Positions 34,211-46,001 of a DNA stretch of 64,000 bases are shown in pieces; the stretch's first letter is position 1, and each line of letters begins with the position of its first letter. This DNA is from Heteronotia binoei (Eukaryota). The notes below the pieces were generated by a model, which did not search any database, was not told the origin of the DNA, and saw nothing but the letters and a program-made list of their open reading frames with translations. The DNA lies in assembly GCF_032191835.1 (NCBI RefSeq), contig NC_083224.1, positions 39,122,001-39,186,000 of the forward strand. The letters run 5' to 3'. The position numbers were made by a program, and so were the translations under genes.

Positions 34211-34921
34211 TGTGTCTCAGAGTGGTAGCCACGGGGAATTTTCCCAGTGACTCTAATGGACAGACCTTCCCTTTCAAGTCCAACCCATAACTGACAAAGT
34301 GCATACCCCTCTTATTTTACTTTCTATTCTGTTTCCTCTGAGAATTGCTGCAACTCCAGGAGCTCCTTATGGCTTAAAACAATATTTAAGAATCTTTTAA
34401 GGTCTGTTTCTTCACTGACATTATTTTTTAGATCTAGATGAACTTTAAAACGGGTCCAACAAAACAAATTGCGTTAAAATATTTACAGTTCTTGGTAGCA
34501 GGATCTTAATACACCTTAAGCTGTGGGATAAAGGCATGCTGTGTGGTTTGTTTTATGAGGGACACAGCTGAGTGGCTGTAACCAAAGTATGGACTGGAAG
34601 CCAAAATGCTAGTGGAAGGAAGAAACAAAATTAGGGGAGATGCAACCAGAACTTTTTTTTGTAGAAAAAGCCCAACAGGAACTCATTTGCATCTTAGGCC
34701 ATGCTTCCTGCCCCCAAGCCAGCCAGAACGGTGCTTATGGAGGAAGTGGTCTTGGTGGTTTAGGCCTCATGCCTTCAGTGGAATCAGTGCCTTCTAGAAA
34801 CAAAAGATAAAAATGGATGATATGTGCCAAGTGCTGAGCACATGCACAATCCAAAGAACTGTAGCTGCTCTAATGTGCTTGTGAAGTGTCAGCAAACATA
34901 GCCTGCCTCATTTGTTTCAAT

Positions 34922-35165
34922 TAAGGGTGCCAGCCTCCAGGTGCAGCCTGGGATCCCCTGGAATTACATCTCTAGACTCCATACACCAGTTCCCCTGGAG
35001 AAAACAGCTGTTTTGGAGGGTGGACTCAATGGCCACATTGTACTCCATTGAGGTCCCTGTCCTCCCCAGGCTCCATCCCCAAATCTCCTGGAGTTTCTCA
35101 ATCTGGATTTGGCAACCCTACCCCCCCCCCCTCCATTTGCTGCTAGTAGCCAGGGGGACCTTGCA
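34922..35165. mobile_element. About 200-bp TAGGGTTGCCA/GGCAACCCTA MITE (host of hAT copy 3; its end resumes 36267-36280)
   Basis: Abundant family with core cagttcccctggagaaaa...tttggagggtggactc. Other copies at about 3630-3842, 3925-4100, 12517-12650, 19492-19690, 31900-32050, 42516-42712, 52640-52774 and 62440-62570. Confidence 0.7.
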
Positions 35166-36266
35166 TAGGGCTGCCAAGTCTAAATCAAGAAATATCTGGG
35201 GACTTTGGGGGTGGAGCCAGGAAACTTTGGGGGTTGAGCAAGGAGACATTGGGGGTGGAGCCAAAAGCAAAGTTGTGACAAGCACAATTGAACGCCAAAG
35301 GGTTCAACCTGCCCAAAATCACATTTAAAGGAACCGCACACCTTTCCTACATTAGAAATAATGAAGGATAGAGCAACCTTCCTTTGGGGCTCATAGAATT
35401 GGACCCCCTCGTCCAATCTTTTTGAAACCTGGAGAGGATTTTGAGGAGAGTCATCAGATGCTATGTGGAAAATTTGGTGCCTCTACCTCAAGAAACAGCC
35501 CCTCCAGAGCCCCAGATACCCCCAGATCAATTCTCCATTTTTCCCTATAGGAATCGATCTCCATAGGGAATAATGAAGTGCCCAGCAGACATTTCCCTAC
35601 CCCCCCCCACACACACACCGTTTCTGATTACTCTGAAGCAGGGAAGGGCCTGCTCACACCTGGGGATTGGCATCTCTACTCACGAGTTGCTGAACTTCCA
35701 ACTTTTTCAAAGTAACACAGAACAACCAAAGGTTCAAGTTTACCTTTCCTATGGAAACGACCTCTGAAAAGATTGTGCAACGAATGGAGGGTCTGGGCTG
35801 CTTTCACAGCCCATGTTGTTCTACCTGCTTTCATAGCCCATGTTGTTTTGCCTGCTCCCCCGCCCCCATTCAGCCTTAAAGACACAGACACACCATTCCA
35901 AGAGGAAGTCTTTCCAAGTAGAGTCTGAAGCCTCCGGAGGTGGAAAGGCACATGGTGGCTGTGGGGGTGGGGCTTCCCCTCACCAGCCAACTGACTGGGA
36001 GTGGGAAGGAGCCTGGGAAAGCGGGAGGGACGGTGGCTCAGTGGTAGAGCATCTGCTTAAGAAGCAGAAAGTCCCAGGTTCAATCCCCGGCATCTCCAAA
36101 AAAGGGTCCAGGCAAATAGGTGTGAAGGAGCTTGAGACCCTGGAGAGCCACTGCCAGTCTGAGAAGACAATACTGACTTTGATGGACCGATGGTCTGATT
36201 CAGTATGAGGCAGCTTCATATGTTCATATGAGAACCCCCACTGGGACCTGGGGATTGGCAAGCTTA
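35166..36266. mobile_element. Non-autonomous hAT element, copy 3 (contains a SINE)
   Basis: Colinear with copies 1 and 2; TSD ACCTTGCA / ACCTGGCA (7/8). Confidence 0.85.
36026..36230 (+). mobile_element. Squam2-like SINE nested inside hAT copy 35166-36266
   Basis: Interrupts the hAT 3' subterminal sequence that is contiguous in copies 1 and 2. Confidence 0.85.
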
Positions 36267-37309
36267 ACCTGGCAGCCCTAGGAGTAGAACAAGCCTCAAG
36301 GGTGAGCTGAGGGCATTCTGTAAGTGAGGTGCTGCCACTGAGAAAGTGATCCCAGCAAGTGGCAGCAGCACAGCGACTTGGCAACCCTAGGTGTGACCTA
36401 ATATGCAAATGAGTTCCTGCTTGGCTTTTTTTTGTAGAGGTGTTCCTTCAAGTTCCTGGGCAGAGGTGTTCCTTCAAGTACCTCAGCCCCAAGCTGGTTA
36501 GGGCCTTAAAGGTGAGAACTGTTCTTCCATTAAAATGAAAGAGGAAGCCCTTACAATTGCTAGAACTGAACATGATCCTCAGAACTTCTGCATCATGATG
36601 TGTGTGTGTATTAGATAACTAGAGGTTTCTACATAAAAAAAAAATTAAATTGTATACTATCTTCTGAACTGTTTATTTAGGACTTTACATATAACAAACA
36701 AATATGAGTTCCCTATGGATTAAGGGCAGTGATTCTTAATTTTTAATCCACTACCACCCACTGAGTATGCAACATTTTCATTAAATTCCCCACCCACAAG
36801 CTGCAAGTTAAATTTGGATGTAAAAGCAGCATTCTGGACCACACAATTTGATTTATGTAATGATATATATAATATATGCATACGATTCACAGATTTCAGG
36901 CAAACTTCTAATGTGACCCTCTTGCCTGATAATCTTCAGCCCACTCTCTAGGGTTAAATTTGATGTCTTTTTTCTCTGCCATTTTTTCAAGGGCCAAGTG
37001 AGCAGTGTGAGTGTGTGTGTTTATGTATCTGTTTATTTGTAATCCTCTGGCTATCAAAAGTCATTACAAATAAGGAGAAGTCGCTGCGTAAAAATCCTGA
37101 ATTTCTTTCATTTGCCCCCAAAGGTTCTGAATGCCCCACTCCAAAGCTTCTGTGTATCTGTTATAGTTTGATAATGTGGTGGATTAGAGGCTTGTAACCT
37201 AATATTTAAGGATTATAAATACAGGTTTACATTGTGATGAGCATATAAAGTGATTTTAAATACACAGACAAAAAAGAGATCAAGGTATAAGAAAAGATAT
37301 TTCTTCAGA

Positions 37310-37516
37310 TGCTTGTGAAAGTATTTAACTATAATGTTATACTGTTTTATTGGTTTTACTGTTTAAATTATTAATTATGTATTTTGTTTAAATTATCTAT
37401 TATGTATTTTGTTTTATTTGTATCATGGTTTACCATGTCTTGTTAGCCGCCCTGAGCCTGCCCAGGCGGAGAGGGCGGGGTATAAATAAAAGTTTATTTA
37501 TTTATTATTATTTATT
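37310..37516 (+). mobile_element. LINE 3' tail (L2/CR1-group)
   Basis: tgttagccgccctgagcctgcccaggcggagagggcggggtataaataaa followed by (TTTA)n. An inverted copy of the same tail lies at 63776-63945. Confidence 0.65.
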
Positions 37517-38118
37517 AAGTTGCCTCTGGCATTAAAAGAATAGAAGCCCTCTCTATAGAAAATGGGATGAGTAAGTGGAGCTGTTGGTTACTGTATTTAC
37601 CCAAATGCAAGACAAGTTCTTTTCCCCCCCACCCCCCAGGTATACCATAAAAAGTGTTAGGAGTCATTTTAAATTTTCATACACGTTATAGTTGTGTCCC
37701 ATAATAAAAATATTTTATATAACATTTTTATTGAAGAATAATCTTCCATTTAGGCTCATTTTTCTTTCACGTAACTACATGGTTCTTTCAGTTTGAGATG
37801 GTTATTTTGTCTAACATCTTGTCTAATACCACCCTAAGGACTTTATGGTTGGAAAGCACGATATAACTTTAACAAGTAGATAAATAAAGCAAGCATCTCC
37901 TGCCCCTTCTCAAAACATTATATGGAGGTTTTTGATACTCTTAGGAACACCCCTTTCTTGACAGATTTTTTTTTAAACGAATGTGTATTATGTAAAACAA
38001 AACAATGAGATTCCCCCCACCTTCTTTTGAAGTCTGTGATTTTAGACCTTGAAGAATTTCTATTGCATATGCCTTCTAGAGAAAGTTGCCATTTCTCTCT
38101 TATTTTATGATGAAGAAG

Positions 38119-38121
<3 letters not shown>

Positions 38122-38152
<31 letters not shown>
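38122..38152. repeat. (TG)n microsatellite
   Basis: Direct observation. Confidence 0.95.
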
Positions 38153-38154
<2 letters not shown>

Positions 38155-41100
38155 AAATGACTTCAAGTCAAAGCTGACTTATGGAGACCCATGGTGCAAT
38201 CAACAGAACCCCTTCTTTATCATTTGCAGTCTCTGCTCCAGTGGTAGGAAGGCAATGGGGGAAACCACCAGGTTCGGGGAGGGATGTGTGTGAATTGCCC
38301 TGTACTTAGAAAAAAATAAATACAGTGAAACTAGAGCCTAGTCTTTGATATACAGAAACCTTCAAACTAACTGTGAAGAAGTTAGCTCTGTGTTGGATTT
38401 CCAGCATCACTTTTCCCACTCAAAATGACCCAAAACATTTTTCCATCTAAGCTCCATCTGTAAATATGCCAAGAAACAAGTGAATGTGTGTGCACACAGC
38501 CTCCAGCTTTAAAAGGAAATGATACACATATGAGACACTTGAGTTCTCTTTCCTTTTCTCCAAAGGCAACATCTGTGTCTAAAAATACCACAGCCTGAGA
38601 AAGGGTATCTCAGCTATGTGAAATCTTCTGAGAAAGTGTCACATACATTGTCAACATCACAACCTGGAGTGAGGGGATGACTAGCACTGCATTCTGAACA
38701 TGTATATCACCCCACCCCAGTAGGCAGGATGTGTTTTTTGGAACAGCCAAGGGTGAAAGTAAATTGCTATGGGCTCCTAAGGAATACTAAAAAGAGAATG
38801 GCTGAAAGGGTACCTCTTAAACTCTGCTTTCAGCCTTCCAAATGAGGTAGTATCAGTAAGAAATGCATTTCATGCCCTATATCAGTTCTTCAATTCCATC
38901 TTTTTCCTTCACCGTCCCATATCTTCATTATTTTCTATAATATTTGTTCTTCATTTTGGACTCTCCGCCCCACCTACCTCCCAGGGTGTCTGTTGTGGGA
39001 AGAGGAAGGGAAGGAGATTGGAAGCCACTCTGAGACTTGAGTGAAGGGCAAGGTATAAATCAAATCTCTTCTTCTCTTCTTCTTCTTTAAAGAGCCTCCT
39101 GCTCACATTCTCACAGGAGAAAGTGTACTGAGGTAGATGAGAATGATTACTTAGGAGTTAGGACCAAGATCTACACTAGATTAGATACAACCTCTTCGAG
39201 ATACAATTTGACCTTACAGGATCCCAGCTGTCTTTTCCCTAATATAAAGGGGTCTTCCACATAAGTTTCTAGATTTCCAGTGTGATTTCTAAAAATCACT
39301 AAATAGTTGCTGTGGCAGGCCTCACTGAGATTAGACCTAGAGTGCAGGGAAAGAGTGTTTCTCCAGCCTTCAGTACTCCTCTCCCAAGGAATAGCTATTT
39401 GCCTTGCAGGAAAACCGTACAACCAGCAGTTTTAAAGGAATAGCCATGTTTAATGTGTAGTGGCATAATAAAACAGGAATCCAGTGGCACCTTTGGGACT
39501 AACCACTTTTCACTTCACACTTCTGAACTCTATCTTTATGGTAAAATTTGTTTGTCTCTCAGATGCCTCCGGGCTGTTTCTTACATCAGGCAGTGAGTAA
39601 TCTGTCTCCCACAATGGTATGAAAAGCAGATGGAGGCATTTGAAGTTGGCAAAATGGTGTGGAAGGAGGGAATTGTGTACCACGCCATGGCCCTGATCCC
39701 TGCAGCTACTTTTCAGCACCAAAACCCTCCCACAAATTCACAGGTCTTCCAGTTTGTCATCTAGAATGACCCTAAGATTGTTCAAGAGCAAAAAAGGGGC
39801 CAGTTAACGGACAGCAGAAAAATATTGCTTGGTCTTGTGTACCCCTAGTGTCCTGCGACAAAAGGGTACCACAAAACTGAACATTGTTAGCTTGGGAAAG
39901 TGTAAAACTGTTATCACAGCCAGCCCTACCAAAAGACAGAGAGACAAAGCCCACCCAGCAGGCAGTGGGATAGTATTAAAAAGCAGAAGCAGTGGAATTT
40001 GTTTAGTATGTTATCCTATTCCACTCCGCATAGTTGTGTGTGTGTGTGTGGGAGGGGTACCCTTTACTTCTACCAAAACCCGTCAATTGTTCTCTTACAT
40101 TTTTAACCTGCTTGGCCTCTGAGGAGCTCAGAGTGGCTGACATAGTGGTTCTCTCTTCCATTTTGCCTTCACAACACCCCTGTGAAGTAGGTTAAACTAA
40201 AGTGGAGTGGTTGGTCATCCAGGGGACCTGGTGGCTGACTGGATTTAAACCGAGGTCTCCCCAATCCAGTATTCTAACCATTACACCAGAACGGTTCACA
40301 ATTTATGGGTAATAAATAATTATCATGTGGCAGTATAGCCAGGAGATCCTAAGGTTGTCTGGCAGCCAGAAGTTCTTTTAGCATTATAACCCCCAGGTGG
40401 CAAGCTAGACTTGTTTTTAAGGCAATAGACTTTCAGAGGTGGTTCGCCATTGCCTGCTCTGTGTCACAACCCTAGTATTCCTTGAAGGTCACCCATCCAA
40501 ATACTAGTCATGGTCATCTAGGTCACGGCAATTTATGGGTTATTTATTTTCAGTGTTTTCTACATTGCTCAGTGTAAAGGTATAAGAAGCATTCATTTCA
40601 TTTCATTTGCATTTTTTCATTTCATTTTATTTGATTTATATCCCGCCCTACTCCACCAAAGTGGGCTCAGAGCGGCTCACAACATAAAATGCATGAAGTT
40701 TTTATATATGCTGCAGAGGCCCCAGGAGTGTCTATCCACACTTGGGAGAAGGAGCTGAACAAGGCTGCAGAAGCAGGACATACATTAAGGAAGTGGTTTT
40801 CAAGAGGAAACCTCAAAAGCTTCTTGGAAGTTCCTCAATTATAAATAGTGGACAAACTTTACTGAAAGCAATTGTTCCCAGCAGTATTGATCATCATCTA
40901 AATGGTCAGCTGTACAGGACTGGTAAGTAGAGTGCACTTTCAGAGCCAAGCTGGACAAAGCGCTGAAAAGCTCCTATCTTTTTAATTACTTTTAAAATCA
41001 GAAGCAGGATTGGATGGGGACTATGGCCACACAGAAGGAAGATGACCGCTTCCTTCACTGTGCTGTTTTCACAGTGTCAATTCCTGCCTTCCTCAGATGG

Positions 41101-41350
41101 CTAGATATATGATGCTAACTTCAACTGAATTAAACTATAGATCTGTGCATATCAGTATTTTCTGCTGTGATTGGCAGAGAGCTCACCAGGAGAGTAAGCA
41201 GAGTTCTTTCTCAACAGCTGGTACTTGGTCCTTCAGTCAAACCTAATGGGACGTGGACCTTCTGCATGCAAAGTGTGCTTACTCTCAGCCATATCCCTTA
41301 AAGAAGCCACTCTAAGCCAGCTAGATGAGTGGTATGTAAGGTGATGCTCT

Positions 41351-41605
41351 TAGTGTGGTGTAGTGGTTAAGAGGGAAGACTCTAATCTAGAGAACTGGGT
41401 TTAATTCTCCACTCCTCCTCCACATGCAGCTGCTCTGTGACCTTGGGTCAGTCGCAAGTTCTTTCACAGCTGTTCTCTCAAAAGCAGTTTCTGTCAGAGC
41501 TCTCTCAGCCTTACCTGCCTCACAGGGTGTCTGTTGTAGGGAGAGGAAGGGAAGGAGATTATAAACTTATCTGAGACTCCAAGTGAAGGGCAGGGTATAA
41601 ATGCA
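41351..41605 (+). mobile_element. Squam3-like SINE
   Basis: agtgtggtgtagtggttaagag head and the MIR CORE-like tgtgaccttgggtcagtc. Confidence 0.8.
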
Positions 41606-43002
41606 ATCTCCTGCTTATTCTTCAAGGATCTCATCTCTCCCCTCCCCATACCTTTCATTGGGACTGATTTGTTGGTGTGATTTCTCTACTGCAAAATGGA
41701 GGGACATCATGCTCAATGGAGACAGATTGTGACCCTAAACAGTTATTCCTTTTCAGGGGAGTCACTTTCCATAGGACTGCACTGTGAATCTGGTGTTTGT
41801 TTCTAGATTATGGGCAGGACTGCCATAGGAAAATAGTGTGTTTCTAGATAAAATCTGTTTATTGAAGACATGGTGCCAAGGGAGCATTCCAGGTTGGCTT
41901 GAGGAAAATGCCCTGTCCCTTGAACAGAGGCTTACCATGTGGAAGTGGGCAGCTGAATCTTTTCCTGGCACTCAAGTAAATACCAACATCTGTCCATTAA
42001 CAATATTTTTTTTCCTCTGGAGCAGCTGGCAACTCTAAACCAGAGCCTGAAAACTATAAAATGTGCCTGAAAACTCTTAAGCCAAATATCGGGATACAGA
42101 ACTGGCAGACCCCAACAAGAAAAAAAATCTGCTTGCAGATTGCTTAAAACTCTTTGTTGAAGAGGAAACAACAGCTGGATAACAAATTCCTTGGCAATCT
42201 GGCCATTGAAATACAAAGGAAACTGCAAACTTGTATACATTTGCTTCTGAGCAAATCCCATTGGAATACTGTGGACTACTTTGGAGTAAACATGGCTAGA
42301 ATCAGGCCGTATGCTGATTAATTGCTTGCAACCAGTTAGATGCCTATTTGATTACCTTTTACTTAATGAATTTCTGCTCTCATTGAAAGATGCTGTATCT
42401 TTTTTCCCTGTGTGGCACTGGAAATGCAGAGAACCAGTTTGTGTAGCAATTATCATTCTAGAGTATGATGATTCAGGTTCAACTCTCGACTTTGCCAAGA
42501 AAGGTTGCTTAGTGACCTAGGATGAGTTGCCAACTCTGGGTTGGGAAATACCTGGAGATATTGGAAGTGGAAATTGGAGAAAGGAGGGACCTCATCAGAG
42601 TATAATGCCATACAGTCCATCTACCAAGGCTGCCATTTTCTCCAGGGGGACTGGTCTCTGTTTGGAGATGATACTGGGAAATCTTGAGGCCCCACCTGGA
42701 GGTTGGCAACCTTAGCCCCCCCCACTCCCGCTCATCCTGACCTGCCTCACAGGGTTGTTGTGAGGATGAAATGGTGGAGAGGAGAACGATGTAAACTGCT
42801 TAAGTGTAGTTTGTCTCTGGAACCTCCCCAGAATCATATCCTTTGCCTTCAAGGGTTGTAGGGAGACAGTGGATACACAGAGAGGCAGGAAATCTACACA
42901 TGCACAGAGTTCCACTAGGTCCTCATGATTTCAGCTCCAATCGGATGTTGCTAGTTCAGAGGGTAACCCTGTTGTTGGTCTGCAAGAGAACAGCCCCTTA
43001 GA

Positions 43003-43160
43003 GGCTGACCTGGATAACCCTGGATAATCTTGTTACTGGGAAACTAAGCCCTGGGCAGCATTTGGATGGGAGACCTCCAAGGAATACCAGGATTGCTATG
43101 TAGAGGCAATGGCAAACCACCTGTGAACGCCTCTTGCCTTGAAACTCTATGGGATCGCCA
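43003..43160 (+). mobile_element. 5S rRNA-derived SINE just upstream of the PTGIS CpG island
   Basis: ctgacctggataaccc head, tttggatgggagacc box C and ggcaatggcaaaccacc tail. Confidence 0.7.
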
Positions 43161-43279
43161 GAACATAAGAGAAGCCATGTTGGATCAGGCCCATCCAGTG
43201 TCACACAGTGGCCAAAAAACCCAAGTGCCACTAGAAGCCACTGGAGGGCCAGCAGAAGTCGCTCTGGGGTCACCAGCTG

Positions 43280-44130
43280 CTACTAGACGGCCCTTCCAAC
43301 CCCTAGGAGCACTCTGAAAACTCGCCTCACGCCCAGTCCCCCATTCCGGACAGGGAATAGAAGGGGGGCGCTGAGCACCTGCTGGGCAGGCAGAGCCGGC
43401 TTAACCGCGGGAGGAGCCACTCCCCCAGCAGCCGGGCGCGGTGAGTCCCTCGACGGAGGGCTTGGAAGGGACTGGGGCGGCGGCGGCGGCGGCCAAGAGG
43501 CGGAGATCGTCGGGCGGCTCAGATCCTTTCCGAAGGCGCCAGCTGGGCGCCGGACGGGACACCACCGGGGTCGTCTGCTGCTGCTGCGCTCTCCAGACCA
43601 GCCATGGACGGGCTGCCCGCCGCCGCCACCAGCTGCCTGGCGATTCTCTTCCTCCTCCTGCTGCTGCTGCTGGGGCTGCTTCGGGTCTCTCGCTTCAGCA
43701 GGCGCCGGTGAGTAGGCAGAGGGAGAGGGAGAGGCTGCCTCGGGCTCTTTCACCTGTTCCCGGGGTGGTGGTGGTGGTGGGGGGGGGGGGGGGTGGAGCA
43801 CAAAGTGGCCTCCATGGCGGGAGAGCGCGAAGATCTTCATGCCCCCTTGCAGATCCCATCCCAGCCTTCTGGTCTCTCCCAAGCCGGCGTTCCCAGGTGG
43901 ATGGAGGCTGCCCCGGGCGGAGCAGCGATTGCATTTCCTCCTCCCGTCCCTGCGCCGCTCTCGGGGAGCAGAGATGCCTTTTGGCGTTGGAGGAACAACA
44001 TCCGAACAGCGCACTTGTAGCTAAGAGAGGGGGCGCTTCGGGTCCTGCTTTCCACTCGGCTTTTCGACACCTTCAGACGCACAAGCGAAGAGGGCGAACG
44101 GGGCTGAAAAGCGTTTTGAGTCATCGGTGG
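43280..44130. promoter_or_regulatory. CpG island / PTGIS promoter and first exon
   Basis: The only extended GC- and CpG-rich stretch in an otherwise CpG-depleted window. Contains GC-box-like GGGGCGG motifs and a (GGC)5 run at about 43476-43493, has no evident TATA box, and overlaps PTGIS exon 1. Confidence 0.85.
43604..43707 (+). CDS. PTGIS: Prostacyclin synthase (CYP8A1), coding exon 1 (signal-anchor)
   Basis: Strong Kozak gccATGG at 43604 inside a CpG island. Translates MDGLPAAATSCLAILFLLLLLLLGLLRVSRFSRR+CG: a hydrophobic anchor followed by a basic cluster, as in microsomal P450s. Donor CG|GTGAGT at 43708. 104 nt, phase 2, joins exon 2 in frame (CG+G = Arg). Confidence 0.9.
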
Positions 44131-44360
44131 AGAGCGCCAGAATCTTTCTGGTGGCAGGGTGGGAACACCCTGAAGCCATTTAGTCGTCCCCACTCTTCAA
44201 AATCAAGAGCATCTACCCTCCACTCTCCGACAGCTCAGCCTCAGGCAGAAAAAGCTAGATTATAAAGAATGTGGGACTCAAGACAGGGCCTTATATTTTA
44301 GGTATAAAGAAACAGACTGCAGGGCAAATCCCTTTGCAACACTGCTCCAGTCTGTAGATC

Positions 44361-45026
44361 CAGGTAAGCAGCAGTGTTGGTCTAAAGCAGTAGAACAAAG
44401 TAGGAGTCAAGTATCACCTTTAAGGCCAACGAAGTTTTATTCAGAACGTAATCTTTCGTATGCAGGCATACTTCTTCAGATGAGGGAATGGGGTACAGTG
44501 AGCAGAACTTACATATAGCTGGTGGGTAGTGATTAAGAATGTAAAGTGATACAAAGTTAGGATCCAATGGCAAAATAGTGTAATAAACAAATTGGAAGAT
44601 CATATGGTCTGGATAGCATTTGCGTGGGAACCCAATAAAAGGTAATAAAAGTTGCCTGTTAATTGCTCTTGCTACAAGTCTAGGTAAAACAAAAGGACGT
44701 GTCCTAGGAAATACAAGTCTTTTTGTTTTACCTAGACTTGTAGCAAGAGCAATTAACAGGCAACTTTTATTACCTTTTGTTGGGTTTCCACGCAAATGCT
44801 ATCCCAGCCATGTGGTCTTCCAATTTGTTTATTACACTATTTTGCCATTGGATCCTAACTTTGTATCACTTTACATTCTTAATCACTACTCACCAGCTAT
44901 ATGTAAGTTCTGCTCACTATACCCTATTCCCTCATCTGAAGAAGGATGCATGCATGCGAAAGCTTACATTCTGAATAAAACTTTGTTGGTCTTAAAGGTG
45001 CTTCTTGACTCCTACTTTGTTCTACT
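44361..45026. mobile_element. Penelope-like element pseudo-LTR, inverted pair (arms of about 310 bp)
   Basis: Arms 44389-44698 and 44717-45026 are reverse complements, producing mirror-image ORFs in the track. Terminal sequence ataaaactttgttggtcttaaaggtgc and CTGAAGA...GAAAGCTT cores are typical of squamate PLE pLTRs. Confidence 0.82.
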
Positions 45027-45481
45027 CCAATCTGTGTATATAATCCCATTGTAAGAATTGATCTGGTTTAGGGTCCTTTATCACATTTTTTTAAAAGAAA
45101 GAAAGAAAGTAACTGTTACCTTAGATTTAAAAATATAGTAAACATCTGAATGAGACAGGAAGCCAGCTTCCGGAACTGTGGGCAAAATTTTTACTTGATT
45201 ATATAAAATAATAATACTAAGCACATAAAGACATTTATATCATAATCCTTTATTAAAACAACAGTAAAAATCATGTAAAGTACCTCTGTGGTGTTTATGT
45301 TGTGATAGATCAACAGCTTAATCTCTGGAATAATTTTAGATTTGTTTATAAAATCTATTAACTGACGTCTTTAGTTTGATAATACACAAAAATAAATAGT
45401 AACAGCCCAGAGTACACAATCATTTTAGAAATGAGAGAAAATAGCATGTAGAGAACTTTGTGCTTCTTTTACTTTTTACCC

Positions 45482-45560
45482 CAAGTGTGCGCGCACACAA
45501 AAGCTTATACCCAGAATAAAACTTTGTTGGTGTTAAAGGTACCACTGGCTTAAACTTTAA
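45482..45560 (+). mobile_element. Penelope pLTR fragment (PTGIS intron 1)
   Basis: GTGTGC-gc-GCACAC-AAAAGCTTATAC followed by gaataaaactttgttggtgttaaaggtaccactgg. Confidence 0.7.
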
Positions 45561-46001
45561 TCTTTTTTTTTTAACCAGTATGTAATTGATTTAGTAAAGG
45601 TTATAAATAATTAACTAACATTCATAGACTAGAACTCAGCTGGGGAGTGAATAAATAAATGGAGGATCAGATTCTTGTGTCTGTAGTGATTAGGGATGTA
45701 AATTTCACTTCATTGTTGAGCTGTGTTGTGGTCCTCCTGTTCCCATGTTGATGTGGTTTCACAGGACATCCGTTGCTCTGAAGACATTATTGATGTTGGC
45801 ACATTCATTTCTGTCTTTGTGTGTCTAAGTTTTCCTTAAGGAAGTTTTTTTTGGGTGCGTGTGTGTGGGGAAAACAGTTCCAGCCAAAACCAGGTATTTG
45901 CTAAAGCCCCCAAACCATTAAAAATACTAACTAAAAGTATGTCATTTGTTGATATAATAATTTACGGGGTAACACTTCATTTCTTGTAAGGTAGCCAATT
46001 A

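Noticed and set aside
43441-44265. 274-aa plus-strand ORF and overlapping 243-aa minus-strand ORF (43283-44014)
   Set aside because: These are stop-poor frames expected in a CpG island. They are low complexity with no recognisable domain, and the real coding frame is the 104-nt PTGIS exon 1.
44382-45054. Two near-identical ORFs (137 aa minus, 144 aa plus) suggesting a duplicated gene
   Set aside because: They are mirror readings of the Penelope-derived inverted repeat.
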